From positions 15,564,001-15,628,000 of the forward strand of contig NW_024704743.1 of assembly GCF_018977255.1 (NCBI RefSeq): a DNA stretch of 64,000 bases, given 5' to 3'. Position numbers and translations under genes: made by a program. Positions 1 through 13,790 of the stretch are shown here, piece after piece (position 1 is the first letter of the stretch; each line of letters starts with the position of its first letter). The notes beneath the pieces are model-generated. The model ran no database searches, was not told the origin of the DNA, and worked only from the letters and a program-made list of their open reading frames with translations. This DNA is from Callorhinchus milii. Its lineage: Eukaryota.

Positions 1-548
1 GACTGGGATGAGCAGCTTGTATGCCGTGCTTTGATAAATGGGAATATGGAAGGAAGAGTGGTGGGTCAAAATATCCAGCAATCTTTGTATACTTAGATAT
101 TTAGCCTGGGAAGCTCCTGCTGCTGAAGAAATATTTGTTCAGATGCTGTTTCTAAGTGAGCATAATGTTGGAGTGTTAATGACCATAAAGGGTATTTATT
201 TTTGGACTAATTGATTATTGGATCACGGAAATGTATTGCCGAAGCAGTCAAATCTGTTACCTCAATGAATAATCTTTTACATTCTTGAGTGTCTTCAGTG
301 CATGAGTTTTCTCTCACTATTTTTCTTCCGATTTTTTCCCCTCCTCTCCAAAGCTTTTTGATCTTCATCCAGGTGCTGGTTGCACTTTATACCTCACTTG
401 AATGGCCCTTATTCATATCAGCCTTGACAGTGAATGTTCACAATGTACAGTATGTACAGACTTTGTTAGGGAATCACCAACAGCTTGATCCTAACCACAC
501 CTTTCAGCAGGTGTGGTTAACCATCAGGACTATTAAACTTGGCTGATG

Positions 549-582
549 TCCTCCCTCCCTCCCTCCCTCCCTACCTCCCTCC
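549..582 (+). repeat. (CCCT)n microsatellite
   Basis: cctccctccctccctccctccctacctccctcccc. Confidence 0.9.
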
Positions 583-583
583 C

Positions 584-888
584 CAACAACAACAAATTAC
601 ATTTGTGTAGCACCTTTCACGTTAGAAGGGCCTCCCAAGACGCAGGACAGTCAGGCATCCGCACCCGAGCTGGTGGTTGAGATCATGCGGCATGCAGGGT
701 TGGGTAAGAGGGTGACCAAAGGCATGGTCGAAGGGGAGGTCTTGAGATGGATCTTGAAGGAGGCAAGGGAAGGGGCGAGGCGGAGGGACTATGGGATGGA
801 GTTCCAGAGGGTGGGGGCAGAGAGGCTGAAGGCCCACCCGCCAATGGTAGGGCAGGCAAAGAGGGCGTCGTGAAGCAGGCCGGGGAGA
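584..888 (-). mobile_element. L2-clade LINE 3' fragment
   Basis: (caa)n tail followed by attacatttgtgtagcacctttcacgt, the reverse complement of the L2 3' end at 23180-23242. Purine-rich ORF2 C-terminal remnant. Confidence 0.85.
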
Positions 889-944
889 ATTGTAGTATCC
901 CAAGACAATTATAGTATTCCAATTGTTCTCCATTCAACGATCAG

Positions 945-1035
945 CACAAACTGGGTTTGAACCTGCAACCTTATGGTCTGCATGCCTGTCTTCTGCTGCA
1001 GTGGGCAGTGCCTTTACCCACATGGCCATCGGGGT
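945..1035 (-). mobile_element. Degenerate tRNA-like SINE head
   Basis: Reverse strand reads tggccatgtgggtaaaggca … ggttgcaggttcaaacccag (A-box-like and B-box-like motifs). Confidence 0.45.
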
Positions 1036-2954
1036 AAAGCTTACATTAGATACATTAACGTAACACATACCTCCACTTGTGAGAAAGTTGAAAATGTTAC
1101 TTTCTGCTAAAATCACTTCTCTCACGTGACCATTTATGTCACGTGAGAAAATTGATTTCAAACCCTTGTTTGAAATCAACACTTGTTGGGTGGAATGTCC
1201 TGTTTCTATGCTGTAATATCTTATGATCAGTTACAGTTGCCCTTTGAGAGCTGGAACCTGGACTAACTTACACTTTGGCTTATGAATGAATATCTTTTAA
1301 GTAGATGTATGACACCCAATTATTTTGAACAGTGCAGATGAGGTATCTTTAGAGCGGAAATAACTCTGACATTTTTTGTCTTTTCAGTTAGTTAGTCGGC
1401 ACACATTATTCGGCTTATGCTATATTTTTGGTCAGTTTTCATCCTTTTCTAAAGGCATTGGTTCTTTCTGGAGTCTGCTTCCACTGGTACCATCAGAAAT
1501 GTGTGCAAGTAGCCATTCTTCAAGTGAGCCTGGACTGTGAGTGTCAGGAGGCTATTCTGTTTCCAATCAGTTTTTATTTTCATTAAACGGGTTGTTGAGG
1601 CTAGGATTATCCTCCGATTCTTCAAAGTAGTTTCTGATTTTGGACTTTTTGTACAATTTTATGGAATGTCTATCCTTATCTTTGTTTTGAGCACAGAATG
1701 CATCTCTCACACAGTGTGATTCTTAACGTCTGACTGTGATCTTCCGATCTCTTGTTCACCTTGAAAAGGAAGATGATTTTGATTGTCCATCATCAAATAG
1801 TCCCTCTCATTGGATTCCCTCTAAAATTCAAATGTTTAGCGTTCTCTGTATTAATCTGGTGCTCACTGTCTGAGCTCATGCAGGAATAATCTCACTCTGC
1901 TGAACGCTCTTCAGCCTTTTTGATCTCAACCTTACAGAATACCCAAACTACCGTCTGCCCCTCACAGCATCAAGCTGTTTACTTAAATTAAAAAAAACTA
2001 CATCCCACAAAAAATCAGGACATGGAGAAGAGGCAAGTAGGAGGAGAAACAGAACAAAGCAAGTTCTATTTTGCAAACTCTGGTCACCTCCTTGTCTAGA
2101 GATCACAACAATTCAAAATTGAAATACTGTGGGTTGGCAATTTTAATTTTTTTTAAAAATCCATATAATTTCATCATTTGTGACCATGCAATGCAAGCAC
2201 TTCTGGAAAAGCAGCTTCCTGAAATTCAGCTTCCTGTAGTTTCCAGTTAGTTGTCACTGTTATCTTAAAACTCTATAATGGAGCTGGAGTGATGGATATC
2301 ATGGCCATCTAATAAGCTTGCTTTTTTTTAATAATAGGAGCTACAGAGCAATTTCATCGCCTCAGAATTGCCTTTGGCTTTCTTGATGACATTACACCAG
2401 CAGCATACTAAAAATGTATGAGGTTTCTCTTAGCACCCATTCAACTGGGAATTACAATGCCGATGTTAAAGTGTTGGCTTTTGTGCTTTTCCTTCTTAAT
2501 TTTTTTCTTTCCACTTTTTTTTAAAAATGCCCCATTTTTATAATTTCTCTGTAATGCTTTTCATTTCTACGTGGCATTTTTCAACTGGGAAGGTATGGTA
2601 GAACAGGCTTCAGATTTCTCTGACTCTCCTCTTCCTAGTCTATGTCCAACATTGCAGGTATAATAGATGTTGCTCTTTTTATTCTTTTCTTGAGAAGGTA
2701 GGACATCTCTCTATCCTGAAGCTACAGCAGCTTCAAGCTCATGTGGATCATAAGAATATTTTCCTTTTTGAAAACAAAGGGTTTATCTTAGCTGTAGCGT
2801 ACAGATTAGTGATGTGAGCTTGAAGGCTCAAATCTGCATTGATCTTGCTGGAAATTCAGTGTTGTGACTTCAAAGCCAGCAGACTAGAGGTTGCCTTACA
2901 TCCCTTTTCTCTCATTTGGTTGTAGATTTCATGGAATCTCTCAAATAGCCACCA

Positions 2955-3370
2955 CCAAGAACTTGCATTTATATAACACCCTTCATGAGGATAGTGTCTC
3001 AGAGCACTTGACAGAGGAGCAGTGTAATGCAGAACTGGAAAAATAGGGGATGTTACCAAAGGCACAGTCAAAGAGGAAAGTCTTCAGGTGTGACAGGCAA
3101 AGAGGGGGCAAGACGGAGGGATTAAGGCAAGGAGTTCCAGAGAATCACCAGTACTTATAACCAAGAGTTCAATAATGAGCACACGTTACATTTAAGGTGG
3201 CAGAATAGTGTCTATCGGATAAATATTTGAATAGAGAGAGAATATAAACCAGAATGGGAAAAGAGGAGGGAATTGGGATTGGAATAGTGCAGCAGTTAAC
3301 TCCGGTAGAGGAGCTAGCACTGACATGGACTCAGAAGAACAGAATGGCTTCCTCCTATGTTTCTATGATC
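2955..3370. mobile_element. Old L2 3' fragment (-) followed by CR1 3' fragment (+)
   Basis: acttgcatttatataacaccc…ggagttccagag matches the L2 tail. gagctagcactgacatggac…gaatggcttcctcctatgtttctatga is CR1 3' UTR-like. Confidence 0.6.
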
Positions 3371-6300
3371 AGAGTAGTTATGGTTGGTTTATTCAGAGAA
3401 TGGGCCTTACCCTAACAGTCACTACATGGCAGCAAATGGATTTTTTTAATGTTATCAGTTGTATCTGATTGGAAGCCTGCAAACCTACCTCTCTTTACAT
3501 GTAAATTGCTGGGTACAATACATCGCTACTGTAGTTTGAGTTGTTGAAACACTTTTATGCTTTAGGTCTGTTTGTAGTGTATGTCATTGGTCATAAACAA
3601 AAATGACTATATAGTCAATATTTGAACAATCGTGTGCAGTATATTACCTCCACTCTTGTAATCTCAATTGTTCTAACGAGATCTAAAGGAAACCCAGTGA
3701 AATCAGTTCTTCACTCAATATAGACTCGTTCTAGCATTGCTGATACCTCAATAACCTATTGATTATGCTCATCCTGGGAAGCTCAGCTGATGAACACAAG
3801 GCTTGGAGTTAGAGGGCTCTAAGTTTTGTTTCTAGCGGAAACACTCAGTTTTTCATTATTTTGAGGTCAATAAACGGGTAACGTCTTTAAGAAAAATGTG
3901 CTGCGGAGAGGGGCGGGGGTGGAAGATAGTGAGGAGATTGGTGAATTATTTCTGGAGTTGAAGTGGTGCTGATGATACGTGCCTGATAAAGAGCCTAATC
4001 TGATCTGCAGGATTCCAAGGCATTGTTGATGGTTTATCAGCCTGTCTAGGTCAAGGAATAGACATGTCTTTGTACCCTGTGAACCATAGCCCTAACGTAC
4101 AGAGCAGTTCTCACTGTGCAGGTTTGTAAAACCTAGGAGTGTGACGTACTAGTTAGCTGCGTGGTTACTATTCATTTTGCACGGCATGTGATAATTACAG
4201 TTAACGATTGATTCTGTAGTAGAAGGCACTTTCAATTATTTTTGTTTACCACAGAAATGTTTCATATTGAAGGAAAAGCAATTCTGTTTACATTAGTAGC
4301 TTACCTTTGTTCTCTATTGGTTTAGTCATCATTACTAAGAGATTTTGTTGATGTGAATAGCAAATATTTCAACTTTCACCAGCATAACGCAATTTACTCA
4401 AAACAAGTAGAGTGCAGCTTCCAACACTCACATATCTTAAAGGTAGCACATAATGTTTCACTTGGTGGCCATATTATCTCCTGTGACAGCTTTTACTAAG
4501 ATCCATTGCAGTACCCATGAAAGAAGAAAATCCCCCCGTTGGAAGATCAAGTATAGTGTGCTTGTTAAGACATATCTGAAAGGGTATGAGATTGCTTTTT
4601 TTTTGGAGGAGGAAGGAAGAAAGGGATCACAGTGACTTGAAGGATTTGGGATTTTTCTACCACATTGGCCAAGTTAAAAGGGTATCAACTGTTTGCTTGC
4701 ATGAGTGAGTAAGTGCCTCTTACTCTAATTTGTGCTGTATACACTGTGCTCTGTCCTGGTTACCCGGTGCAATTCAAAAGCTCAAACTGTGCTGGAGCCA
4801 AACTTCAGTTACTTTCAGCAGAACTTTAATTCTCATCACTGAGATATAAACGCAGTGATGCGATTCCACTCCCAAATGTGCTCTTGGTACAATCTAATGG
4901 TCAACATTTTAATCATACAACCACTTTTGTAATATCAGTAAAACTTTTCTTGAATTCTCATGAAGCATAGCATGTGGGCATGGAATACTACAGGTTTGTT
5001 CAGTTTTGAATATGCAGAACTTCTGATATCAAATGTTATTTTTTGGCACCAGCCAATGTATTGTGTCTAATCCCTACTGATGGCCTGAATAGAAATGTCT
5101 CTTCCCCTCTGTGAAACAAATGTAGATTACCGTACTTCTTTTACAAAAGATCCTGAGTTAAGAAACATATGAACAGTATACTACTGAGATAAAGGCTCTG
5201 TCAGACGTTTGTCTAGACTCTCTGCACACTGTTGTTGACTTCTTGTAGACAGCAGTGATTGAAAGGTGTGTTTTACATTATAGCAAGTGGCTGATGTATT
5301 GGAATTTCCTGTTTAAAACTAAATTTCCTCTTCTAAATCATTAAGAGGCCAATAAAATCTGCGCAATTATTTGTATTTATCACAGGGCAGCATAGCTGTT
5401 TTGTAGGTGGGTACTAATTGAATTAGTTTGTTAAAACTCTGTGCTTGTCTAATTGAAACTAATGGTGCTGGTTAAAACAACAATTTGGCAATGTTTAATT
5501 ACTTTACCATTAACAGATTTTCATAAGATGTTGTTGAAATTGTTTTATGAAAGAGGGTCGGAAGAAATTAATGTTAAGAATTTACTGTTCAAAGGCATAA
5601 GCATGGGATGAATATTCCTTAAATTGATTTCTTTCTGATATTAAGTTAGTTTATCTGGTTGGATATTCAGTGTTTAGAAATGGAATCCTATTATTCCAAT
5701 ATTAGGAAGTGGAGTGAAATAGATGAATACCCCATACTCCAAATAGTTATTGGTATTTACTGTAGGGATATTAATAGCCATTTTGGTAGAAGAGGTTTAC
5801 ATACTTCATTCCCACAATGTTCTGGAGGTTTCCATTAGGAAAGTTAAGAACATTTCTCAGCAATGTTTGTAGATCTCAAGTTGATTGTAGCCCTGTCTTC
5901 TGGTGTTTCATGTGACCTGTTAAGTGACCCGTGTCAATATAATTGGTTCCATGTGAGTGTGATTGTTTATACAAGTTAGTGTTCTCCCTTTAATCTGCAA
6001 AGTAACACAGGTGTGAAAATGTGCCTGGATATTGGAGAATTCTACCCGAAATAGCATTAAGCCTCGCTTCTTCACCTTAGTAGAAAGAGCAGCAAACGCT
6101 TTAGTTATCCTGAAGTTACTGTAGATTTGAATTTTGTTGCTGGTGAGTGTGGAGAGCAGGGTGCCTTGTCACTGTTGGAGAAAGGCATTTCCTCCCCCCC
6201 AATGTTTTGCGCTCTGTGTGTATATCAGCCTCTCACAGTCAGGTAGTATATATAATAATAATCCTTGCTTTTGATATATCCCCTTACCACATCTTCAAGT

Positions 6301-7227
6301 CATCTCCAAGCGCTTCACACAATATACTGTACAGTGAAGTGACTGTATATTTTATAGGCAAAACATTGTTAGACCAGATGCCTCACAGTCTAACAATGTG
6401 CCCCAATGTTAACATTTAGCAGACAACCCCAATTGCACTGGTATGAATCATTCCATTCCCACAGCAACCATCCTATATCTCTGAGTGCAATTGTAATTTG
6501 TGCAGAATTAGTGATGGTTTTGTGCTGTGGCCTTGTGCTAGCTAGGAACTGAGTTGAGATTGCCCAGGCTCCCCTCGTAGTGGACCATTTTGTCTGGTAT
6601 GCAAGAGGTTCTCATCCCATCATTCACAGTTAGATTGAAGTGCAAGTCTGAGACAGAAAGCTAATGTCCATTGCCCAGTTTTCTTAACTGGTTAATTCCA
6701 TTTGTTTGCAGTTCCCTGGCTTGGTTGGTAATGTATGAATTACATCCTACATTTTCTGATACAACAACACATTTATACAGTGCCCTTCACTCAGGAATCT
6801 TGGAGCATTGTTAAATACAGAAAAAGTATTTTCAATAGTACATTCACTGGTAAAGCTAATATAAGGATCAGTAGCATTTATTTTGATTCTGTGAATTTCT
6901 ATTTTTCTAGTGTGTAAAATCCAGGCCCTATATATTACAGCTTCATCACTTAAGTCTGGCTGCAGTGTTTCCTGAATGTTCCCCTCCCATCCCTGCATAC
7001 ACACATACACTGACTGCTGTTATGCTGAGCTATGATCTAAGCTGTTTATTCAGAAATCTAAGACAAAAAAAATTGATGAACGGAAATCACACAGAATTAT
7101 GAAAATTCTCAGGCTATACACTTGCACATGAGGGCACCCCCTCGAGTGCCATGAAATTAACTTGAGTAAAATAAAGTTGAAATGATAAACTAACATTCTT
7201 GTTTCATCCTTGAAAGTGTAATAAAAT

Positions 7228-7410
7228 TAATAAGCCTTGCATTTGATATAGTGTCTTATGTCATTGAGGTGTTTTAAAGCGCTTCACAGCATATACTGTA
7301 AAGTGAATTGACTGTGTATTTTATGGGCGAAACGCGAAATATTGCACGCTGTAGTGTCCCACAACCAGCCGTGGATTGAATGACCAAATTAATTGTATAT
7401 TTTGTGGGGT
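7228..7410 (-). mobile_element. SINE 3' half (Deu-like domain plus tail)
   Basis: ccttgcatttgatatagtg…gcttcacagcatatactgtaaagtgaattgactg…gtgtcccacaa, matching the full copies at 20325 and 63234. Confidence 0.85.
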
Positions 7411-7459
7411 AATGTGTAACTTGAAAGTGTAACTAAACTAATGGTTGAAAGTTGTTCAG

Positions 7460-8460
7460 TGGATCTTTTTTCTTTGATTTTCAGAAGGTACTTGATAAGA
7501 GTTCCACAGGTGAGCCTTTTGAATAAGGTTTAAAAATCCTGACAAATGAATTGAATGCATTGAAAACTGATGTAGTAGGCGATGATGAATGGGAACAGCT
7601 CATTTGAATGATGGACAGTGATTAGCATAATTCTACAGGGATATGCTTCGATCCCTTTCTGATCAAGCTATTGACAAATAATTTGGAAGAAAATAATACT
7701 TTTTTTGGTATTATTACAACACTGTGGATGCCAGGCTGTGGGTAGGTGAGTAATGTAAAAAGGACACATAGCATCTAAGAAGATCAGTTAAGTACATGAA
7801 CCAAGGGAATGGCAGATGGGTTTTAATGTAGATAAATTAAAGGTGATGTACCTTGGAACAAAGAATATGAAAAATATTCAGTGGCAGCATTGGAGAAGGA
7901 TTTGCATTGAATTATTGATCATTCACTGAAGGTTTCCAGTCAAATATCAGGTCGCTTTTCAAGGACATTTGGTTATCAGTTGAAACAAGTTTTTGTAATC
8001 TTGTATTAGATGATTTGTGTGGCACAGTTGAAATATCATAAGACAGATCCATCACTAACATGAATGTTTAGTTTTAAGTAAAGAGGATATGCTCATTGGG
8101 GAAAGAAAGAGTGAAGAAGGACATAATCCAGGTTGTTAAAATGATGAGAAGCATAGATAATGTTGCTGAAAGAGGGCTATTTCACTTAGATTGTGTGAGT
8201 TGAATTAGAAAGAGATTTAAAATGAAAGACCCTCATAATCCTTCATTTAAAATATGAATAGGCATCATGAGAGTTGTGAGAAAAAGAAATAACTGCCCAA
8301 AACGTCCATAGATACCGAGTCAATTGAGTCGTTCAAAAGAGAGACAGAAAAGTGGTAATTAGGGTATTACGGATGGGGAGAAAAGATGGGAAATGGAATT
8401 AGAGAGAATTGTAGTGGTAGATCAGGTCCTAATGAATTGAATGGATGATTGTTGTCTTCT
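7460..8460 (+). mobile_element. Highly decayed CR1 LINE (RT region to 3' end)
   Basis: Remnant RT motifs: gattttcagaaggtacttgataagagttccaca (DFQKAFDKVPH-like) and tggcagatgggttttaatgtagataaa (WQMxFNVDK). Many stops. Confidence 0.7.
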
Positions 8461-9870
8461 GATGTAGATACTTCGCAACAGTGTTGAACAATGTTGGAGT
8501 AAATAGAGATGGTGACAACCAAATATAATGTATGCCATAGAGGATGGTGAGAAAGAAGTATCCTTTATGGAGAGGAAGAGGACTGGGTTGACCAGTGGAT
8601 ATCTGGAAATAGATCAGTTGTGTGGAATGCAATACCATGCTTAAGTGTATCTAAACTAGCCAGAGTTCCATATAAGTATGCCACCGATACTTGGAAATTT
8701 CCTTGTAATTAGAATGGAATGCACATTCTGCCCCGGAGGGATGCACCTGCTTAACTAATTCTGGAAAATATTTGGTGCAGATTGGGAAGAGCCAAGTCTT
8801 GGGGACCCTGGAGTGTGCATTTGGGGATCAGAAACAGGTTAGCAGAATTTTCCCCCGGAAGATGTATAAGCGCTTGGAGACACTACTTGCATGAAGACGC
8901 TAGAGATGCTATTTACATTGCTATATAAATCCAAATAGTTGTTGTTTGGGGGCGAAACTGATGATAAATTGTTTACTGGTTTATTTTTCTATGTTTTCCC
9001 ATGTTACGGATACTGTTAAAACCAAGAATAAAGCTAAGCATTTATAAACATTCCTGAAGTAACACATATGCTCTGGTGGCTCATTTAATCCTTGTAAACT
9101 GTTGCTAAATGATTTTTACTGCTGTGGTTTCACCGCACATTTGCCAATGAACTGGCTCAATTTTGTCTGCAAACCTGCAGTGTACATATTGGGGTTAGGC
9201 CAGCATGAATCTCACACCAGCACCCAGGTTGTGCCAGTTCCTGGGGGATTTTAAGAGCTGTGCAATTTGGGACTTAAATGCTGCAACCAACAATGTGCTT
9301 GCTCCAGTCTGGGCGGCCTTCTGAATCGTCCCAGGAACATTTAGCGGACCTATTTTTAAAAATGTTCTTGAAGAGCTGATCTCTAATAACATGAAAAACT
9401 TAAAACACCTGCACTTGGTGGTGTCTGATGAAACGATCTTGGGCATAGATTAGTTCTGGGGAACATTTAATGTTGTTCAGGAATTGTTTTGCGTGACCTA
9501 ATAGCTTATTTGCTAGTCGTACTTCCACAGGTTACAATGTGTGTGGGGGATTGCAGCAAAGGCAAAATAGCTGTGCAGAAACTATGCACTGCTCTACATC
9601 TCCATTCTACTAGGATCTCGTGCAAATGTCTTTATTAAATAGGAAAATAGTGTATTGGAAAACATAATAAACTATAGCAATGCTGAGTACCCTGATTTCC
9701 TCTTCATTATAAATGCCTTTCCTTCCAAACAGACCAATTCTAGCCTTATGCATTGTGTGTCCAAAACTAGGAAATAATTCTGATGTCACTCCCAGGAAGA
9801 GCGAGTGTACTTGAATATACTGTGCTACAACACTTCTAGGACTACTGTGCCTGTGGTCATGGAATGTATC

Positions 9871-10270
9871 AGCCTGGCTCAGTGGGTAGTGCTCTTGCCT
9901 TGAGTCAAAAGGTTATTCAATGCCCACATTGAAACTTTGAGCTCATAGTCTAAAGCTGATACTCCAATGCAGTAAGTGCCAGGGAAACTCTGCATTGTTA
10001 CAGATGAAGCATTAAACTGACATTTCATCTGTCTGTTCAGGTGGACATTAAAGCTCTATTCAAAATGAGAAGGGAGATTCTGCCAGTGAACTGGTCAACA
10101 ATCCTCCAGGTAATATTGGTCATTCCTGACTGTTTGTGGGACATTGGTGTGTGCAAATTGGCTGCTGGGTTTGCCTTCAAATATGCAGTCATTACACTTT
10201 ACAGAAGTGTGAAGTGCTTTGAGACATTTTGGCATAAGACGCTATAGCAAATGGAAAGTATTATTATTAT
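9871..10270 (+). mobile_element. Old long Deu-type SINE (SacSINE1/AmnSINE-like)
   Basis: Head ggctcagtgggtagtgctcttgcc-tgagtcaaaaggtt, centre gttcaggtggacattaaag, Deu-like ctgtttgtgggacattggtgtgtgcaaattggctgc, tail gacgctatagcaaatg(tta)n. Confidence 0.8.
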
Positions 10271-13256
10271 AGATGTTCCAGGCATTATTTTATAAATAAG
10301 ATATTTTCAAAGAACCTAATTCAAGCATCGTTGACTTAATATTGGAAGAGGAAAGGACCCCACATCAGACTTGAGTGGCTTCAGCTCCTAAAGTATGAAG
10401 CAGGAATTATGTTACTTAATCGTTTTTTAATTGGTCGCCTCAGATTTTGTTCCTTTTTAGAATGAATCTTAAGCCTCAAACGTTCAGTGGAGTGTAAGGA
10501 AGGAGCTGGCATCTTGCCATCGTCTGCCTTAGTTCCGATTTGCCCTCCCTTTAGGGGCCCTTTTTCCCAGCATCTGATTATCAGTCTCGACTATTTTCTG
10601 GACAACTCTGGAAGGATATTTGTCAAATCTTCCAATCTCTGTCCGGTTTGTTGGCTAACCCACATGTCCCATGTAATCCTGACACCCCTCCAAACTCAGG
10701 AGGTAACAGCATTTGAAACATCTGAAAGGCCCTCCCTCCTTAGTGCTTGTTGGAGGAACTGTTCCTCCCTGCAATTGTTTGGCAAGAGAATGAATGTCAT
10801 GCCATCTTATTATGTTGGGAGGGGAGAGCAGGCGAGTGGACTTTTACTTCCACCTTATCTTCTATCAAACCCGGGTACTGGAAGAAGCTGTTTGGTCATC
10901 AGTGACATTAGAGTCCTTCGTATTAATTGTATTTTACAGCAAATACAAGTTAAATTGAACTTGTTTCTATTAAACCCAATGCAGTCCAGTCACATAAGTG
11001 GTATAGTGGAAAGACTTTCAGTGTGTTATGTGAGATTGTCTTTGTTTAGCTGTACAATCAATGCAAACCAGCAACGAGACTAAGGCTGTGACTTTCACCA
11101 TAATGAGCCAGAGAATCAAAGGGCTGTTGTGCACTTAATGGCCTTGACACTTGGACAGCTTGCAGGCATCACCCTCATAATTTCTATAGCTGCAGCAATC
11201 GTGGTTATCCTTTTCATTGCTGTGACACTGCAAGAAAGCTTCTGTCGAGTAAGAGTTTGTGGTGGTTGGTTTAACTCTTCATTTCTGAACAAACGTTGCA
11301 TTAGTTTGAAACTTTCCATTCCTCAGACCTGTGTAGGAGATGCTGTCTTTGCAATACAGTAAACTGCTGAGAACCCGTCATTCCAAGGGAAAAGGGCTCA
11401 GTGACGAGTTATTCGGAATAGCAAGTTAGGCTTATGTATAAATACATAAATAAATGCAGCCAGGGTATTCATAGCATAATGATTCAAGTGGTAGTGACAA
11501 GTTAAGACAGGGTTGAATTTTCAGAAGTTTACTGTACCAATTGCTCCAATTCCCAGCAAATTTATAAAGATGCTGGTTGGCAAATGTGTAATACTTATGT
11601 ACTTAGATACCCAATATAATATGGAATTGATAAGCCTTTGCACAGTTAATACTCCATTAATGGACTCAGCTTAGTTCCTAACACCGGTTGCTCATCACTG
11701 CTCGCTCTCATTCTGTTCGGACAGTTGGAAGGTTTGAACTGTCACTCATTTTCCAACAAGTAGTGAATTTCTCAGAGGATGGGCTTCTTCTCTTGGTCCT
11801 CAACCGCTCTTCCTCTCCCCAGGCAAAAAAAAACACTTTGCTTCCTTGGTGTGTTCTGATTGAAATCTACCAGCCCAGTTAAAATATGAATAAATAAATA
11901 TTCTTGCATTTGATATAGATTCTTATGTCAAAACACGTCAAAGTGCTTTGCAGAGTTTTTCTGCAGAGTGTAGTGACTATGTATTTCTAAGCATTTAATG
12001 GATATTGAGGTGAACAATGTGTGAATGAGGGTTCCGACTTGGAATCAGACTTGGAGCCTCGTCACAGGAGTCTGCTGTGAGCTACTGGACTGCTGAAAGC
12101 TATTAACATACTGTAGCTAACTTGTACTGACAGGCGGTTGAGGAATATTCTGCATTTTATCAAAAGCTGCAGAAGCTGATGCCAACATTTGTCTTACATT
12201 TTGGTTCCCCGGTGTTTGTTTTTTTTTAAAAAAAGAAATGGAGATTCAAGTTGGGGCTCCAATGTTCTTGAAATGTAGCTTGTTAAGAACATGCCCATTA
12301 AATCTGATTCCAAAAAGGAAATGCCCCAGAAAAAACATGGTTCTCAAATTTCTCCTAAACTTAGCAATTTGTGATTGAAAAAAGGCACTGAGTGAAAATT
12401 GAACGCTTACACCAGGAACCCATATTTCCTCATTATAAATCTAGAGTTTGCTTACTAATGGGTACAAAAAAGCATGTCTGCAAACACTGAATTAACTGTT
12501 TCCTGGCTTTTCCCAGAATACTTTTGGCAGTTCAAAATCCATTTGGAACAGTTTACCTTAATGCAGTACTCCACAATCTGATTTAGCTAGAAATAAATCG
12601 CCTCAGTTCTGTCTCCAAACTTGTTTTCAATTTTTTGTAACATGTTTTCATTTAGAATTTCATGATGAACCAAACCTGAAAATACACTGGAGGCATCGAC
12701 CTTATCAGTGGAGGCTTGAATTCAACAGGTATTTAACACTGAAACCTCACTTGTAGACCTCACTGATCTGCCTGGCGGTGTGTGGTGTGCCTCCTGTACT
12801 GGCATTAGACTGTGCAGTAATATGAGTAGGGAACACATTACTTGTTCTACTGGCTCACATCGCTATAGAAGGGTGTATTTGTAGGCGAACGCGGCAGCCA
12901 ATTTGTATCACAAAATGAATGATTAATTTTATCTGGAGGAATGATGGCCAAAACAATCTTCTCTTTTCCAATAGTTTCTATTTTTAAAGAAAATCTCATT
13001 CTAATTTCTCTTCTCACACCCGCCCCCAACATTTTGACTTTTACGACATGTAGTATCGTTCTACTGGTAACGTCTGCCTTTCAGTACCTTTGGCGGTCAC
13101 TTCATGTCTGAACTCACATTGTATGTTGACTGTGAGGGAGGCATGTACAAACTCAATCCAATTCTCAGTTTGACATCCAGCCAATGCACATCTCCAGCAG
13201 GGGTCTCTGGCTAAATAATAAAGAGAAACATCTGTGATTTTATTCCCCTACCCCAC

Positions 13257-13790
13257 ACACAACAACTTGCACTTATATAGCGTCTTCCACGCAGGGTAAC
13301 GTCTCAGAGTGCTTATCAGTGGCGGAGCCTGACTCCGAGCTGGTGCGGGGAGGTGGCCGTAAGCACGGTCGAACAGGACTTGAAAGAGGGGAGAGAGGGG
13401 GTGAAGCGGAGGGATTGAGGTAGAGTGTTGGGGCGTAGTAGCTGAAAGCACGACCTCCGATGGTGGGGTGGTGGGTGCGAGGGACGAGCAGGAGGCCGGT
13501 GCCAGTTGAGCGAAGGCAATGGGTGGTGAATTGGGGAGTGAGGAGATCGGAGAGGTAGGGAGGTGCCAGGGATTGAATGGATTTGAACACGAGTGTGAAC
13601 ATCTTGAAGTCGATCTATTCGGTGTCCAGTGGAGCCTGGCCAGAACTGGTGAGATGTGGGAGCGGAGTTTGGTCCGGGTCAGTATGCGGGCAGCAGACTT
13701 TTGAATGAGCTGGATCTTGTGAATGGTGGAACTGGGGAGACCGACAAGAAGTGCCTTGGAGTGAATGGATTTGAACACGAAAGTGAACAC
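13257..13790 (-). mobile_element. L2 LINE 3' fragment (second L2 subfamily)
   Basis: ORF remnants LLVGLPSSTIHKIQLIQKSAARILTRTK…HISPVLARLHW and LAPPYLSDLL…IGGRAFSYYAP. Tail (caa)n cttgcacttatatagcg. Confidence 0.9.

Noticed and set aside
10487..11083. 198-aa ORF, the longest non-TE ORF
   Set aside because: Non-ATG start, no recognisable domain, composition typical of intronic DNA. It overlaps a more plausible non-coding element.
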